This document shows positions 25,915 to 38,376 of a stretch of 47,659 bases of DNA, in pieces (within the stretch, counting starts at the first letter, position 1; each line of letters starts with the position of its first letter). Below the pieces are notes generated by a model, which saw only the letters and a program-made list of their open reading frames with translations, was not told the origin of the DNA and made no database searches. The stretch lies in contig JAQGDQ010000973.1 in the NCBI GenBank assembly GCA_030141605.1, positions 26,706-74,364 on the forward strand. The letters are read 5' to 3'. This stretch comes from Tubiluchus corallicola (Eukaryota > Animalia > Priapulida). Made by a program: the position numbers and the translations under genes.

Positions 25915-26593
25915 GAAGAAGCATTTTCAATGAAATGCCAATTTTCATTCATTTGTAGCTGCAGAAGAGTGAGATACTAGTCCATCCTAAACTGTAGCTG
26001 CAAAATTAGGGTGGACAAGAAAAACCAGGACTAATATTGAGAGGACCATCAAATAAACGAACGACCATTAAACTGTGTCCGATCCAATGCAAAGCGAGAC
26101 ACGGACATTCCACGCGATTTTGTAAGCGGCAATTTTCTCTAATCCGCAGCGTGTAGGCCATTGCAATAACTACGTAACCAATCTTAATCTCGCCAAAGTG
26201 CACTTGGCTCGTAAATTTTCCCATGTCAATTACGCTGACACAATCCTATTTCCAAGCGGACGACCACCAGATGAATGGCAAAAATAACATAAACAGACTA
26301 GGGGCGGTAAATTGCTTGCTGAGTATGGATATTGTATAACTAGGGTATACATTTATAAAGAGGGCTGCTTGCGAAGCCCTACGTCTTCCTCCTAGGAATC
26401 TGTTTGTCTGAATTTGAGGAGACTTCAGGTCACATCAGGAGTGATGGCAACCCTAGGTCCCACTCTGTGGCGGCTCGTGTATAGGTACTGTGGTACTGCA
26501 GCGCCCCCTATTTTCACTCATTATTATCGATGATATTCAATGTAACAATCTTTTATCTTTAGTTCTTTCGCTATACTTGTGCGGAACCGGAGC

Positions 26594-28002
26594 AATTCGT
26601 ACAACTGCTTAATTCGTACAACTGCTTAGTTCGTACAAATGCTTAGTTCGTACAAATGCTTAGTTCGTACAACTGCTTAATTCGCACAACTGCTTAATTC
26701 CTACAACTGCTTAATTCGTACAACTGCTTAATTCGTACAACTGCTTAATTCGTACAACTGCTTAATTCGTACAACTGCTCAATTCGTACATCTGCTTAGT
26801 TCGTACAACTGCTTAATTCGTACAACTGCTTAGTTCGTACAACTACTTAATTCGTACAACTGCTTAATTCGTACAACTGCTTAATTCGTACAACTGCTCA
26901 ATTCATACATCTGCTTAGTTCGTACAAATGCTTAATTCGTACAACTGCTTAATTCGTACAACTGCTTAGTTCGTACAACTGCTTAATTCGTACAACTGCT
27001 CAATTCGTACAACTGCTTAGTTCGTACAAATGCTTAATTCGTACAACTGCTTAGTTCGTACAAATGCTTAGTTCGTACAACTGCTTAATTCGCACAACTG
27101 CTTAATTCGTACAACTACCTAATTTGTACAACTACTTAACTCGTACAACTGCGTAATTCGTACAACTACTTAATTCGTACAACTGCTTAATTCGTACAAC
27201 TGCTTAATTCGAACAACTGCCTAATTCGTACTACTAACTTAATTCGTGCAACTGACTGCTTAATTCGTACAACTACTTAGTTCGTACACCTGCATAATTC
27301 GTACAACAACTTAATTCGTACAACTGCTTAATTCTTTCAACTACTTAGTTCGTACAACAACTTACTTTGTAAAATTGCTTAATTCGTACAACTACCTAAT
27401 TTGCACAACTACTTAACTCGTACAACTGCTTAATTCGTACAACTACTTAATTCGTACACCTGCGTAATTCGTACAACTACTTAATTCGTACAACTGCTTA
27501 ATTCGTACAACTGCTTAATTCGAACAACTGCCTAATTCGTACTACTAACTTAATTCGTGCAACTGACTGCTTAATTCGTACTACTAACTTAATTCGTGCA
27601 ACTGACTGCTTAATTCGTACAACTACTTAGTTCGTACACCTGCATAATTCGTACAACAACTTAATTCGTACAACTGCTTAATTCGTACAACTGCTTAATT
27701 CGTACAACTACTTAATTCGTACAACTACTTTGGTTGAATAAAGCAGCTGTACGAATTAAGCATTTGTTTGAATTAAGCAGTTGTACGAATTAAGCAGTTG
27801 TACGAATTAAGCAGTTGTACGCACTAAGTAGTTGTACGAATTAAGCAGTTGTACGCACTAAGTAGTTGTACGAATTAAGCAGTTGTACGCACTAAGCTGT
27901 TGTACGAATTAAGCAGTTGTACGAATTAAGTAGTTGTACGAATTAAGCAGTTGTACGAATTAAGCATTTGTACGAATTAAGTAGTTGTACGAATTGAGCA
28001 GT
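26594..28002. repeat. 17-bp satellite in foldback (inverted) arrangement
   Basis: (AATTCGTACAACTGCTT)n from 26594 to 27730 (about 66 units), a 10-nt spacer TGGTTGAATA, then the reverse complement (AAGCAGTTGTACGAATT)n from 27741 to 28002 (about 15 units). Confidence 0.97.
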
Positions 28003-28390
28003 AATGCATGCTAGCAGCGAGAGCTCTTGTAAGAAATTTCAGTCAATGTTGCTTAGAATCCAAAACCTTATTATTTAAGATTTATTGTACCAAAGTTTAT
28101 GGGACGGTTTTGTGGAGAAAGTTGTTTGTTTGCATATTCTCTTAATAAATTTAGAGTCACGAATGTTCATTTTCCCTAAAGTCTCACCTTATTAGGAAAT
28201 TGTTTTCTCCGCCTTATCATTGCAGTGCAAGGGAAATGGCAGTAGATCTTGTTTTGATGTGTTGCTAAGAAAACGTTCATTTTCCTTAAAATCACTCCTT
28301 GAGATGTGCGACGCTGTCAGATGCTTCAGGCTGTCTGATGTGCATCGTATACTTCTAAGCTTTACAGCAGATTGGACATATTATATGTAA

Positions 28391-28663
28391 AACAAGCCTT
28401 TCCACAGTTTCGTTGTGCGTACGCGCTTTAGTCTGTGTGTAGAGTGATTTACTAGCAGGATCTTGCTTGGGAACAAGAAAAAATGAACTAAGTAAGGTTC
28501 TAGCTAGCTGTTAAAATTGTTACTATTACAATAACTTACTATTACAATAACTACAATAACTTGCGAGGCGTTGTCAAGTGTACACAAATACATTGTCTGC
28601 TACACTTAACCTTTGACCTTTTCACGATCATCATCAATCGCTGAAACTGTGAAAAGGCTTATT
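28391..28663. mobile_element. MITE family M copy (internally deleted)
   Basis: AACAAGCCTTTCCACAGTTT ... AAACTGTGAAAAGGCTTATT; interior matches 4186-4399. Confidence 0.75.
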
Positions 28664-29293
28664 CTTGAATATCAGAACTCTCACAGACGTATTTAAATGT
28701 GTAGACCTATGTGTTATACCCCAGCCATGTATTAATGTATTACTGTATTACTTTTTAATGTATTAATTCATTTATTAGTTTTATCAGTTAAATCTTGTTT
28801 ATCTTCTATCACTTTCTATGTGTAACTACCTTTATGGACGCTTTTTTGTCTGAACTAAAATTGAAATTAAAATCAGAAGTTTAAAATTGTCGTTCCAGGG
28901 CAGTGAGTGTTCAGCTTGCATTATGCGGTTTACATAATTGCCTTTCAGGCTAAAATAATGAGCAAATTTTTTCCTTTCTCCTCAATTCGTCCTCAGGTGA
29001 CAATTAAGGAGAGGCGACGATGCGACGCTAAGCGGAACGTTTTGTAATTACGCTGAAAGAGAAACGCGCAATAAAATTATCGTTTAATTAGAAATTACGA
29101 TGATCGTAAATTTGAAAATTGCGCTTTAGTGAAATTTAGTTTGACACGCAATTGTGAGAATAATATTGCTTTAATAACGAGTGGTGGATTCGAGTTCGGA
29201 TTACAACCACGTGCATTGATACTAGACGTAGACCTGTAATTTAGCCAATACTGTATCTTTAAATAGAGCAGATCTTACTAATGTTACGAATAC

Positions 29294-29592
<299 letters not shown>

Positions 29593-29789
29593 TTTATTTC
29601 AAACACAAATTTCACGAAACATATTTGCCTTAAAAATTAGATTTATAAACACTATAAGATTAAATTAACAAAATAAATGCTTATGCGTTAGAAATTTCAG
29701 ATTAAAATGCAGAGAATCAGTGTAGAATTACTGTATCTTGTCAATATGATTGAAATAGGTTTTTTTGGGTTAGTGAGTGGTGCCTGGTG

Positions 29790-30130
29790 TAGAGGAGTAA
29801 ACCTACCAAATCAGGAGTGGGACCCCGAAGGCGGACCAGTGCAGCATGCTCACTGACTCCGGCTGCTCCTGCAGCCAACCTGGTGCCAAACGTATCGCTC
29901 CGCTTTCCTTTGGACTACACCAGGAAGTAAGAGAGGGGATTCTTGTTGTTTGAACAACTCAGGATCTCCATACACCTTGCCCAGGCGTGCAGAGGTGGAG
30001 AGGTCACTCCAGTGCTTCAAGGATCGGACTGTTCAGCCACAGTCGAGGCTGCAGCTCCATCAATGTGATCAATAACTGACTCTCTTGGCGCACACTCCAT
30101 TGTCTTCCGAGATAGAAGGATGCCAACAAC
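29790..30130 (+). mobile_element. Non-autonomous RTE-derived element (5'UTR joined to 3' tail)
   Basis: GC-rich island with motifs I recall from RTE 5'UTRs (CTCCTGC..CTGGTGCCAAACGTATCG..TTTCCTTTGGAC..GCCCAGGC..TGGAGAGGTCACTCC) and from RTE 3' ends (GGCGCACACTCCATTGTCTTCCGAGATAGAAGGATGCCAACAAC). No TSD seen; flanked by fragments of two MITE families. Confidence 0.6.
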
Positions 30131-30802
30131 TTCTACCTCTCAGTTCAAATGTGTTAGTTTGTGACGAACTGCAAACGTTCCACAGCTCATGTGTGAGCAC
30201 AGCGGTAAATTTGAAACTTGAATTTTTATCTTAGAACTTGCCTAGTTTTAGTACAACACACTGAATATCTTACAGCAGCACTGTACTTCAATTTTCTCTT
30301 TCGCGAACAGGTGTAACACCCTCGTGGAATATTTTTGCTGTTGAAATTTATGTTAGTTTGTGACGTCATCAATAATGGGGTTCGCTCGCCGTTAATTGAG
30401 TTTTTAATCTATTATTTACCTATCAGAAACGCTTTTGCAGTATTAGTTGTATTAAAATGTATAATTTTTATCAGACTTGAAAATGAGGTAGTATATGAAA
30501 AATCATCCTGTCTTCCTTTAAGATTAACAATGCACTCAAGAGTTCATAATTAAAGTTATGAGTAGATTTCGAGAGATTCACTTTCGCAATCATGTTCAAC
30601 ACGCTCGTGGAAAATTTTTGCTGTTGAAAATTATGTTAGTTTGTGATGTCATCACTAGTTATGATGTCGCGCGCCGCTAATTAAGTTTTTAATCTATTAT
30701 TTAACTATCAGAAACGCTTTTGCAGTTTTAATTGTGTTAAAATGCGCACTTTTTATCGGACTTGAAAATGGGCTGCTACACGAAAAATCATCCTGTCCTC
30801 CT
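30131..30802. mobile_element. Family K3 partial copies in tandem (two right ends)
   Basis: Right terminus ATCATCCTGTC(T/C)TCCT|TTAA occurs at 30517 and 30802. Confidence 0.7.
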
Positions 30803-31334
30803 TTAAGTAATCTAATTATTTAAGACAATGTTTCTGAAACAGACTTTAGGTTCCTTTTAACCAACCGTTGAATGACTGAAACAAAACCGCGTGAAAATGG
30901 CTGCCTGTTCTGAAGAATTTTACTGAATAAAGTCTGCAGAGCGAGAAAGGCATAAATAAAGACTTATTACATTAAATGAGGACGAAATACATCACTGTGT
31001 CAGGATCACCCAAGCGCATAGATAATCACATCGTAAATAAAATGTAATCTTTAAAATCACGTATAGAAGATTATACTGTGTCTAATATGCCTCTCGTAAG
31101 AAGAAATATTGTCATTGAAAAAATCTTAAGTAAAAATGCATCAGGACTCGTAATCTACACCATTCACACAAATAGAATGTATACATTTATATACACAAAG
31201 TAGATTTATACGTTAACAATTTCGTGACTATGAGCATTTTAAACAACGTTTCGGGCAGTAGTGATAGTGGTAGGTGATAGTGTGGTAAGGCAAATGACAG
31301 GTGAGGTAAGAAAGGTAAGACAAGTAAGGTTTCG

Positions 31335-32330
31335 TCAGGTGAAGTGAGGTGAATTGAATTAAAGTGGGGTGAGGTGAAGTGAGGTAAATTGAATTAAAGT
31401 GGGGTGAGGCGAAGTGAGGTAAATTGAATTAAAGTGGAGCGAGGTGAATTGAATTAAAGTGGGGAGATGTGAAGTGAGGTGAATTGAATTAAAGTGGGGT
31501 GAGGTGAAGTGAGTTAAATTGATTTAAGGTTATTTGAGATGAGGTGGAGCGAGGTGAGGTGAGGTGAGGTGAGTCTATGTACGGGCGAAGAAGGATAGCA
31601 ATTCGGTAAGGTAGGGTATGGTTAGGTAAGGCAAAGTAAGGTAAGGCAAGGTGACGTAGGGTAAGGAAAAGTAAGGTAAGGTAAGGTAAGATAACGTAAG
31701 GTAAGACAAGATAAAGTAAGGTAAGGTAAGATAAGATAAGACAAGATAAGTAAAGTGAGGCAAGGAAAGGTAATTGAAGGTAAAGTAAAGTAACATAAGA
31801 AAAAGCAACACAGAATATGGTAAAGAAAGTTAATATAAGGTAAGGTAAGGTAAGGTAAGGTAAGGTAAGGTAAGGTAAGGTAAGGTAAGGTAAGGTAAGG
31901 TAAGGTAAGGTAAGGTAAGGTAAGGTAAGACAAGGTGAGGTAAGCTAAGGTAAAGTGAGGTAAGGAGAGGTAATTGAAGGTAAGGTAAGGTAACATAAGA
32001 AAAAGCAACATAGGATATGGTAAAGTAACTTAATATAAGGTAAGATAAGGTAAGATAAGGTATGGTAAGATAAGGTAAAATAAGGTAAGTTAAGGTAAGG
32101 TAAGGTAACGAAAAGTAAGGTAAGGTAGGGAAAAGTAAGGTAAGGTAAGGTAAGGTAAGGTAAGGTAAGGTAAGGTAAGGTAAGGTAAGGTAAGGTAAGG
32201 TAAGGTAAGGTAAGGTAAGGTAAGGTAAGGTAAGGTAAGGTAAGGTAAGGTAAAGTAAGGTAAGGTAAGGAAAAGTAAGGTAAGTTAAAGTAAGGAAAAG
32301 TAAGGTAAGGAAAAGTAAGGTAAGGAAAGG
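31335..32330. repeat. About 35-bp GTGAAGTGAGGTAAATTGAATTAAAGTGGG repeats followed by (GGTAA)n array with internal duplication
   Basis: Direct inspection; the block GGTAATTGAAGG...AACATAAGAAAAAGCAACA occurs twice (about 31770 and 31970). Confidence 0.93.
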
Positions 32331-33310
32331 CAATATAAAGTACGTTATCACGAGAGAAATGTAATATCGGCCTCTCAATACTTCATTAATATTCTTAAAT
32401 TAAATGATCATTTTATTGCTCCTGAGATATTTCAAAACTTTTCTCTAAAGGTTTCTAAAATAAGAAATCATTTTCATTAATTAAACAAGTGAATAAAACC
32501 GGATTGATAAAAGACAGTGAGTATCCGGAATTCGTGTCGGTTTTCCACGATTGCGTGCCATCAAATCACGATACCTACTCAGGTAATTTTCCTATTTCCG
32601 CTGCAGCTGCCGAGAGGCGAGTTTGAGCTGCTAATAAACGCTTCTCGTTGACAAAATATTGCTCATAAGTCTAGCTGTTCGTCAGCATCCTCTTCATGTC
32701 TTCATCACCATTCTCTATAACTCACTGGACAAGACAGGTGCTATTCTCAAAGTTTTGTGGTTCACTAAACGCTGCAGTTTGTATCCTAGGGGGCGTATCC
32801 ACGCGTTGTGGGTGAAATTTATTTACATCTCTGTTGATTGATCAACATTTTCTATAACTCTATGGACAAGATAGATTCAATTCTCAAAGTTTTACAGTTC
32901 ACAAAACGCTGCACTTTGTATCAGTGCTTCACGGGGGGGGGGGCGTATCCAAGCATTGGGGATGAAAATTATTAACATCTTTGTTGCTTGAGCTGGTAAC
33001 TTTTCAAAAGGGCTGAAACAGTGCCTATGATGTTCCTCAGGAATAATTACTTATGTGCGAAAACATCTGAAATAGAAATAATAATTCTTGCATTTCATTG
33101 AATACGTACGTACGGTCTAATATCAGAAAAATGTAGGATAATAAATTTTTTATCGAAATTCAGTCACGCCATTAAACCATCCATAAGACAGTTGAACTAA
33201 TTCACCTGTGGGCTTCCTAACCGATATAGTTTTTGGAGAAGCCATCACAATGTTCAGCAATATAAATTAGTGTACAAACACGCATGCGCTAAAAACATTA
33301 TGCAGCTTAA

Positions 33311-33976
33311 AGGACAACAAAAGGGGCACCTGAAGTAGGTTTCAGAAAAATCTCCTTAAAAATTATATTACTTTACGGCTATTTTATGCATACGTCGTAC
33401 TCACTTCGAAAGGAATTTTCGTTTGTTTTCATTTTAAATCTCCCGCAAAACTGTTCCCACGGCGCCATTACATGACGTCACTACGCCACGTAAGGGGAAG
33501 AAAAGGCAGTGTTAAATTATGGCCCAAAAAACTTCCCGTGCAAATCTATATTTGCTAGCATTTCGTTTACCTGCTGTAAAGACTTATGTAACTAGACTAA
33601 TAATTTAACATGTTTGTGCCAATTGGCTAAATGTCGCTGACTCGCCATCCAGGGTACGCCACTCTCTTGCCAAAAACGTAATTTTAATCTTATTGACAAG
33701 ATACAGTAATTTAAAATTTTACTTAATTAGCAACATGTATGCTACGGATGCTCTGATTATTTTATCAAACTTTACTCAATGATATCAAAACTTGTTTCAA
33801 ACGACCTACCATTAAAATGGCTGAGCCTAACGATCATCGCGGGAGTTTAAATTTACACGTTTTATACAGCGTTACTGCAGATGCAAGCCATGCATACGAA
33901 AAGCTAGTATGTAAGAGGTACAAAATTTCGAGATAAATTTTTTGAGTTTTATGTAAGTGGAGGATTTTCTTGTGCT
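33311..33976. mobile_element. Kolobok-like non-autonomous element, family K2
   Basis: TTAA|AGGACAACAAAAGG ... TTTCTTGTGCT|TTAA. Inverted close relative at 46051-46705; shorter relatives at 3541-4030, 8366-8862 and 34227-34750; fragments about 7355-7545, 42830-43005 and 46740-47380. Confidence 0.75.
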
Positions 33977-34226
33977 TTAAGGCCCTTAAAACTTCAGTTT
34001 ATATACTTGGAGAACTTACTCAGAGAACTTATCTACAAACGGATTTTCCATTTGCGAAACGTGTTCACACAATTTTACAAATAGTTGAGTGACAAAAAAT
34101 ATTTTCTTTGATTAAGCCTCTTTAATTAATAATTATTTATCCAAGTTCGGTCTACATTTAGCGTTATTTATTTTTTAATATTATATTTTACACAATGTAC
34201 TAGCGAAAACAATACACATTATTTAA

Positions 34227-34750
34227 AACGCAAGAAAAAAATCTTCATAAATAAAGTTCCAAAAGCTCGTCTTGAAATTTTATATGACTTACATGTTGTC
34301 TTATTGCATACAGAGCTTGCGTTACCACTAATTTGTGCAAAATTTAAACTCCCGTGATGACAGTTAAGTCGTCTGATACTAGTTTAGAACTTTAGATAAG
34401 TTCTAGATTTAGATTAAGTAAAGTTTGAAAAAATAATCAGAGCATTCGTAGCACACTCTTTGCTAACTAAGCAAAAGTGTAAATTACTTTATCTTGTCAA
34501 TTAGATCAATAATGTGTTTTTATGGTGAACCAGTGGTGCACACTGGGATGCAGCAGTACCATTTTACCAAGTGGCGCGAACTATATGAACACAGTGCTGT
34601 TTAACCAGGTGGCACGAACATTTTAAATTATTAAGATTTTTATTTTCTAATTACTTAAATCTTTCAAACAGGTAAGCGTAATGCTAAGTAATATATAACT
34701 GTGTATTGGAATTTTTGGGATGTACTTAAAAATTTCATGTTTTGTTCATT
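34227..34750. mobile_element. Kolobok-like family K2 copy (inverted)
   Basis: TTAA flanks at 34223 and 34751; contains GTGGTGCACACTGGGATG and AAGTTTGAAAAAATAATCAGA blocks, the reverse complement of K2. Confidence 0.6.
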
Positions 34751-34872
34751 TTAAGTAAGAAAAAGTGCATGTACATTCAGTTTTAAGTCTTTTGAACGGA
34801 TAACGCCCGCTAAATGGATCTGCCCTGTACAATGTTACACTGTTAGAGTTTTTCAATTCTAATGTACAAATT

Positions 34873-35570
34873 GATCTGCCCAATGGTGAGTCTTCTAGAT
34901 TGTTACGCAAATACGGATTCTATGACAACTGTAAGCATATCCAATGACCTTTTTATACAATGATCTGCCCAATAATGAGTCTTCTAGATTTTTACGAAAA
35001 AACGGAACTATGACAACAGTAAGCATTCCCAATGACTTTTTATGTAATGATCTGCCAAATAATGTGTCTTCTAGATTTTTACGCAAAAACGGAATCTATG
35101 ACAACAGTAAATATTTCCAATGACCTTTTTAGACAATCATCTCCCCAATAATGAGTCTTCTAGATTTTTACGCAAAGACGGAATCTATGACAACAGTAAA
35201 TATTTCCAATGACCTTTTTATACAATCATCTGCCCAATAATGAGTCCTCTAGATTTTTACGCAAAGACGGATTCTAAGACAACAGTAAGCATTTCCAATG
35301 ACCTTTTTATACAATCACCTGCCCAATAATGAGTCTTCTAGATTTTTACGCAAAGACGGATTCTAAGACAACAGTAAGCATTTCCAATGACCTTTTTATA
35401 CAATCATCTGCCCAGTAATGAGTCTTCTAGATTTTTACGCAAAAACGGATTCTATGACAACAGTAAACATTTCCAATGACCTTTTTATACAATCATCTGC
35501 CCAATATTGAGTCTTCTAGATCGTTACGCAAAAACGGATTCTGTGACAACAGTAAACATTTCCAATGATC
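34873..35570. repeat. 89-bp minisatellite, about 8 units
   Basis: TCTAGAT recurs at 34894, 34983, 35070, 35159, 35248, 35337, 35426 and 35515. Confidence 0.96.
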
Positions 35571-35687
35571 CTCTTATGGGAACTACCAACTTTACAGGAA
35601 ATAAACAAGCACGACGTACACGATTCAACCACGTTAGTACCTCCATACTAGTTCTTCACGGACTAATGTGAAGCCATTGACGTGCAT

Positions 35688-35772
35688 TCAGATATCGAGA
35701 TCCCCGTGAAGCGAGCATGTGACTCCAGATGTTCGTGCACAGACTCGGTTCTACAGGGTAGTCGACACCCAA
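35688..35772 (-). ncRNA. mir-10: miR-10 family pre-miRNA hairpin (5p about 35739-35760; 3p about 35699-35721)
   Basis: Minus strand reads UACCCUGUAGAACCGAGUCUGUG, with seed ACCCUGU and 2 differences from vertebrate miR-10b UACCCUGUAGAACCGAAUUUGUG. It pairs with CACAUGCUCGCUUCACGGGG across a 16-nt loop. There is an 11-bp basal stem (35772-35762 with 35688-35698, including G-U pairs), an apical UGUG and a CNNC (CGUC) 16-17 nt downstream. Same strand as the Hox gene. Confidence 0.93.
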
Positions 35773-36182
35773 TCATCGATTTCTCAACAATAGCCCGGCG
35801 GCGACATGTTGTTTTTCTCCCGCCCCAACTCGGCCATCTTGTCGTGAAACAGGCTGACGGTTCGTTCTCGTCTCCGTCTTCGATCCATGAGTCACGTCTG
35901 TACTTCCCCAGCGAAATGCAGGCAATCTTGTCGTCAGCAAGCTTATACACATAAAAGTCTGACGTGAGGAAAATATTACCTCCGTGCTACCGCAAGACGC
36001 TTGTTCAAAGATGGAATAAAGATTTAGGAATTACGTATGACGCATCTTAACAATTTAGCCCATGTCTGGCCTATTTTTCGCATTGTTACGACTAATTCAA
36101 ACAATATTCAATCCAGGCTTGTCCTTTCTTCTGGTCTGTGCTGTCTCACCCTTGTACATTCTTTATCATTCTGTGCCAGGAC

Positions 36183-36455
36183 TTCTATTCTATTCTATTC
36201 TATTCTATTCTATTCTATTCTATTCTATTCTATTCTATTCTATTCTATTCTATTCTATTCTATTCTATTCTGTTCTATTTTATTCTATGTATGTTCTATT
36301 CCGTCCCTACTCCGTCCTATTCTGTCCCCATTCTGTCCTGTCCAGTCTTGTCCTGTCCTGTCCTGTTCTATTCTATTCTATTCTATTCTATTCTATTCTA
36401 TTCTATTCTATTCTATTCTATTCTATTCTATTCTATTCTATTCTATTCTATTCTA
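36183..36455. repeat. (TTCTA)n microsatellite
   Basis: Direct inspection. Confidence 0.97.
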
Positions 36456-37913
36456 TAATATTCTATGTTATTCAATTCTATCGTATTCTATTCCATTCCG
36501 TTCCGTTCCATTCTATTCTATACTATTCTATTCTATTCTCCTCTCTTCTCTTCTGTTCTCTTATTTTTTCTTCTCTCTTTTTTTCTTTTCTCTTCTCTTC
36601 TCTTCTCTTCCCTTCCCTTCCCTTCCCTTCCCTTCCCCTTCCTCTTCTCTTCCTCTTCCCTTCCTCTTCTTCTTCTCTTCCTCTTCTCTTCCTCTTCTCT
36701 TCTCTTCTCTTCTCTCTCTCCTCTTCTCTTCTCTTCTCTTCTCTTCTCCTCTCTTCTCTTCTCTTCTCTTCTATTCAATTCTATTCTGTTCTGTTCCCTT
36801 CTAGTGCATCACATGTTATGCTGTTTTCTTCTGTTTCGGTTCAGGACCATCATCATCATCATCTGTTTTGCTCTAAACCAAAATAAAAAAGATTTCATAA
36901 TTAAACAAGTCTTAAATATTATCACCTATTTGACATTCTACGTGTATTACTGTGTATCATTTACAATGTTTACAGTAATATTACTCCTGAATTACTGACT
37001 TTGAAATTAAGCCAATGTATCAATTACAGAGTAACCATACAGTTTCTATTGCAGTGGAAAAGCTTCAGAAAATAGAAAAATAGAAACAATCGTTGTATTG
37101 TACGAGAAACAATATTACATCTACAATTGAATTATGTACAATATAAAATATTGTTTCTTATATATTACCACGACAGTTTCTATTATTCTATGTTATTCAA
37201 TTCTATCGTATTCTATTCCATTCCGTTCCGTTCCATTCTATTCTATACTATTCTATTCTATTCTCCTCTCTTCTCTTCTGTTCTCTTATTTTTTCTTCTC
37301 TTTTTTTCTTTTCTCTTCTCTTCTCTTCTCTTCTCTTCTCTTCCCTTCCCTTCCCTTCCCCTTCCTCTTCTCTTCCTCTTCCCTTCCTCTTCTTCTTCTC
37401 TTCCTCTTCTCTTCCTCTTCTCTTCTCTTCTCTTCTCTTCTCTTCTCTTCTCTTCTCCTCTCTTCTCTTCTCTTCTCTTCTCTTCTCTTCTCTTCTCTTC
37501 TATTCAATTCTATTCTGTTCTGTTCCCTTCTAGTGCATCACATGTTATGCTGTTTTCTTCTGTTTCGGTTCAGGACCATCATCATCATCATCTGTTTTGC
37601 TCTAAACCAAAATAAAAAAGATTTCATAATTAAACAAGTCTTAAATATTATCACCTATTTGACATTCTACGTGTATTACTGTGTATCATTTACAATGTTT
37701 ACAGTAATATTACTCCTGAATTACTGACTTTGAAATTAAGCCAATGTATCAATTACAGAGTAACCATACAGTTTCTATTGCAGTGGAAAAGCTTCAGAAA
37801 ATAGAAAAATAGAAACAATCGTTGTATTGTACGAGAAACAATATTACATCTACAATTGAATTATGTACAATATAAAATATTGTTTCTTATATATTACCAC
37901 GACAGTTTCTATT
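36456..37913. repeat. Tandem duplication of about 727 bp containing a polypyrimidine (CTCTT/CCCTT) tract
   Basis: TTCTATGTTATTCAATTC at 36461 and 37186; both copies end in CACGACAGTTTCTATT (37184, 37913). Confidence 0.95.
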
Positions 37914-37995
37914 CTTCTGTACATTATTAGTGTAGAAAGATAACCAATTTTATTCCTGTAAGCGAAAGTTTTCAGCACGGAAAATTAAAATGAAC

Positions 37996-38246
<251 letters not shown>

Positions 38247-38376
38247 AGCCAAATCTTACTGAACACCTACATTATGCTACATACGTGTCGTAAAATTCAT
38301 TTAATTTCTTGTTTTTTTTACTTTTTTATTTGTGTGGTGCAGAAATATGCAAATCATGATTACTTATTTGCCGACA

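Noticed and set aside
26290-26540. CTCF-like AGGGGGCGCTG (26499-26509, minus) and neighbours
   Set aside because: Only half of the consensus matches. The context looks like a decayed RT fragment (QVTSGV..LGPTL) interrupted by a hAT-like end (GTGGCGGCTCGTG); too weak to call either way.
35663-35954. Overlapping 95-aa and 90-aa ORFs
   Set aside because: No recognisable protein; explained by the GC-rich miRNA locus.
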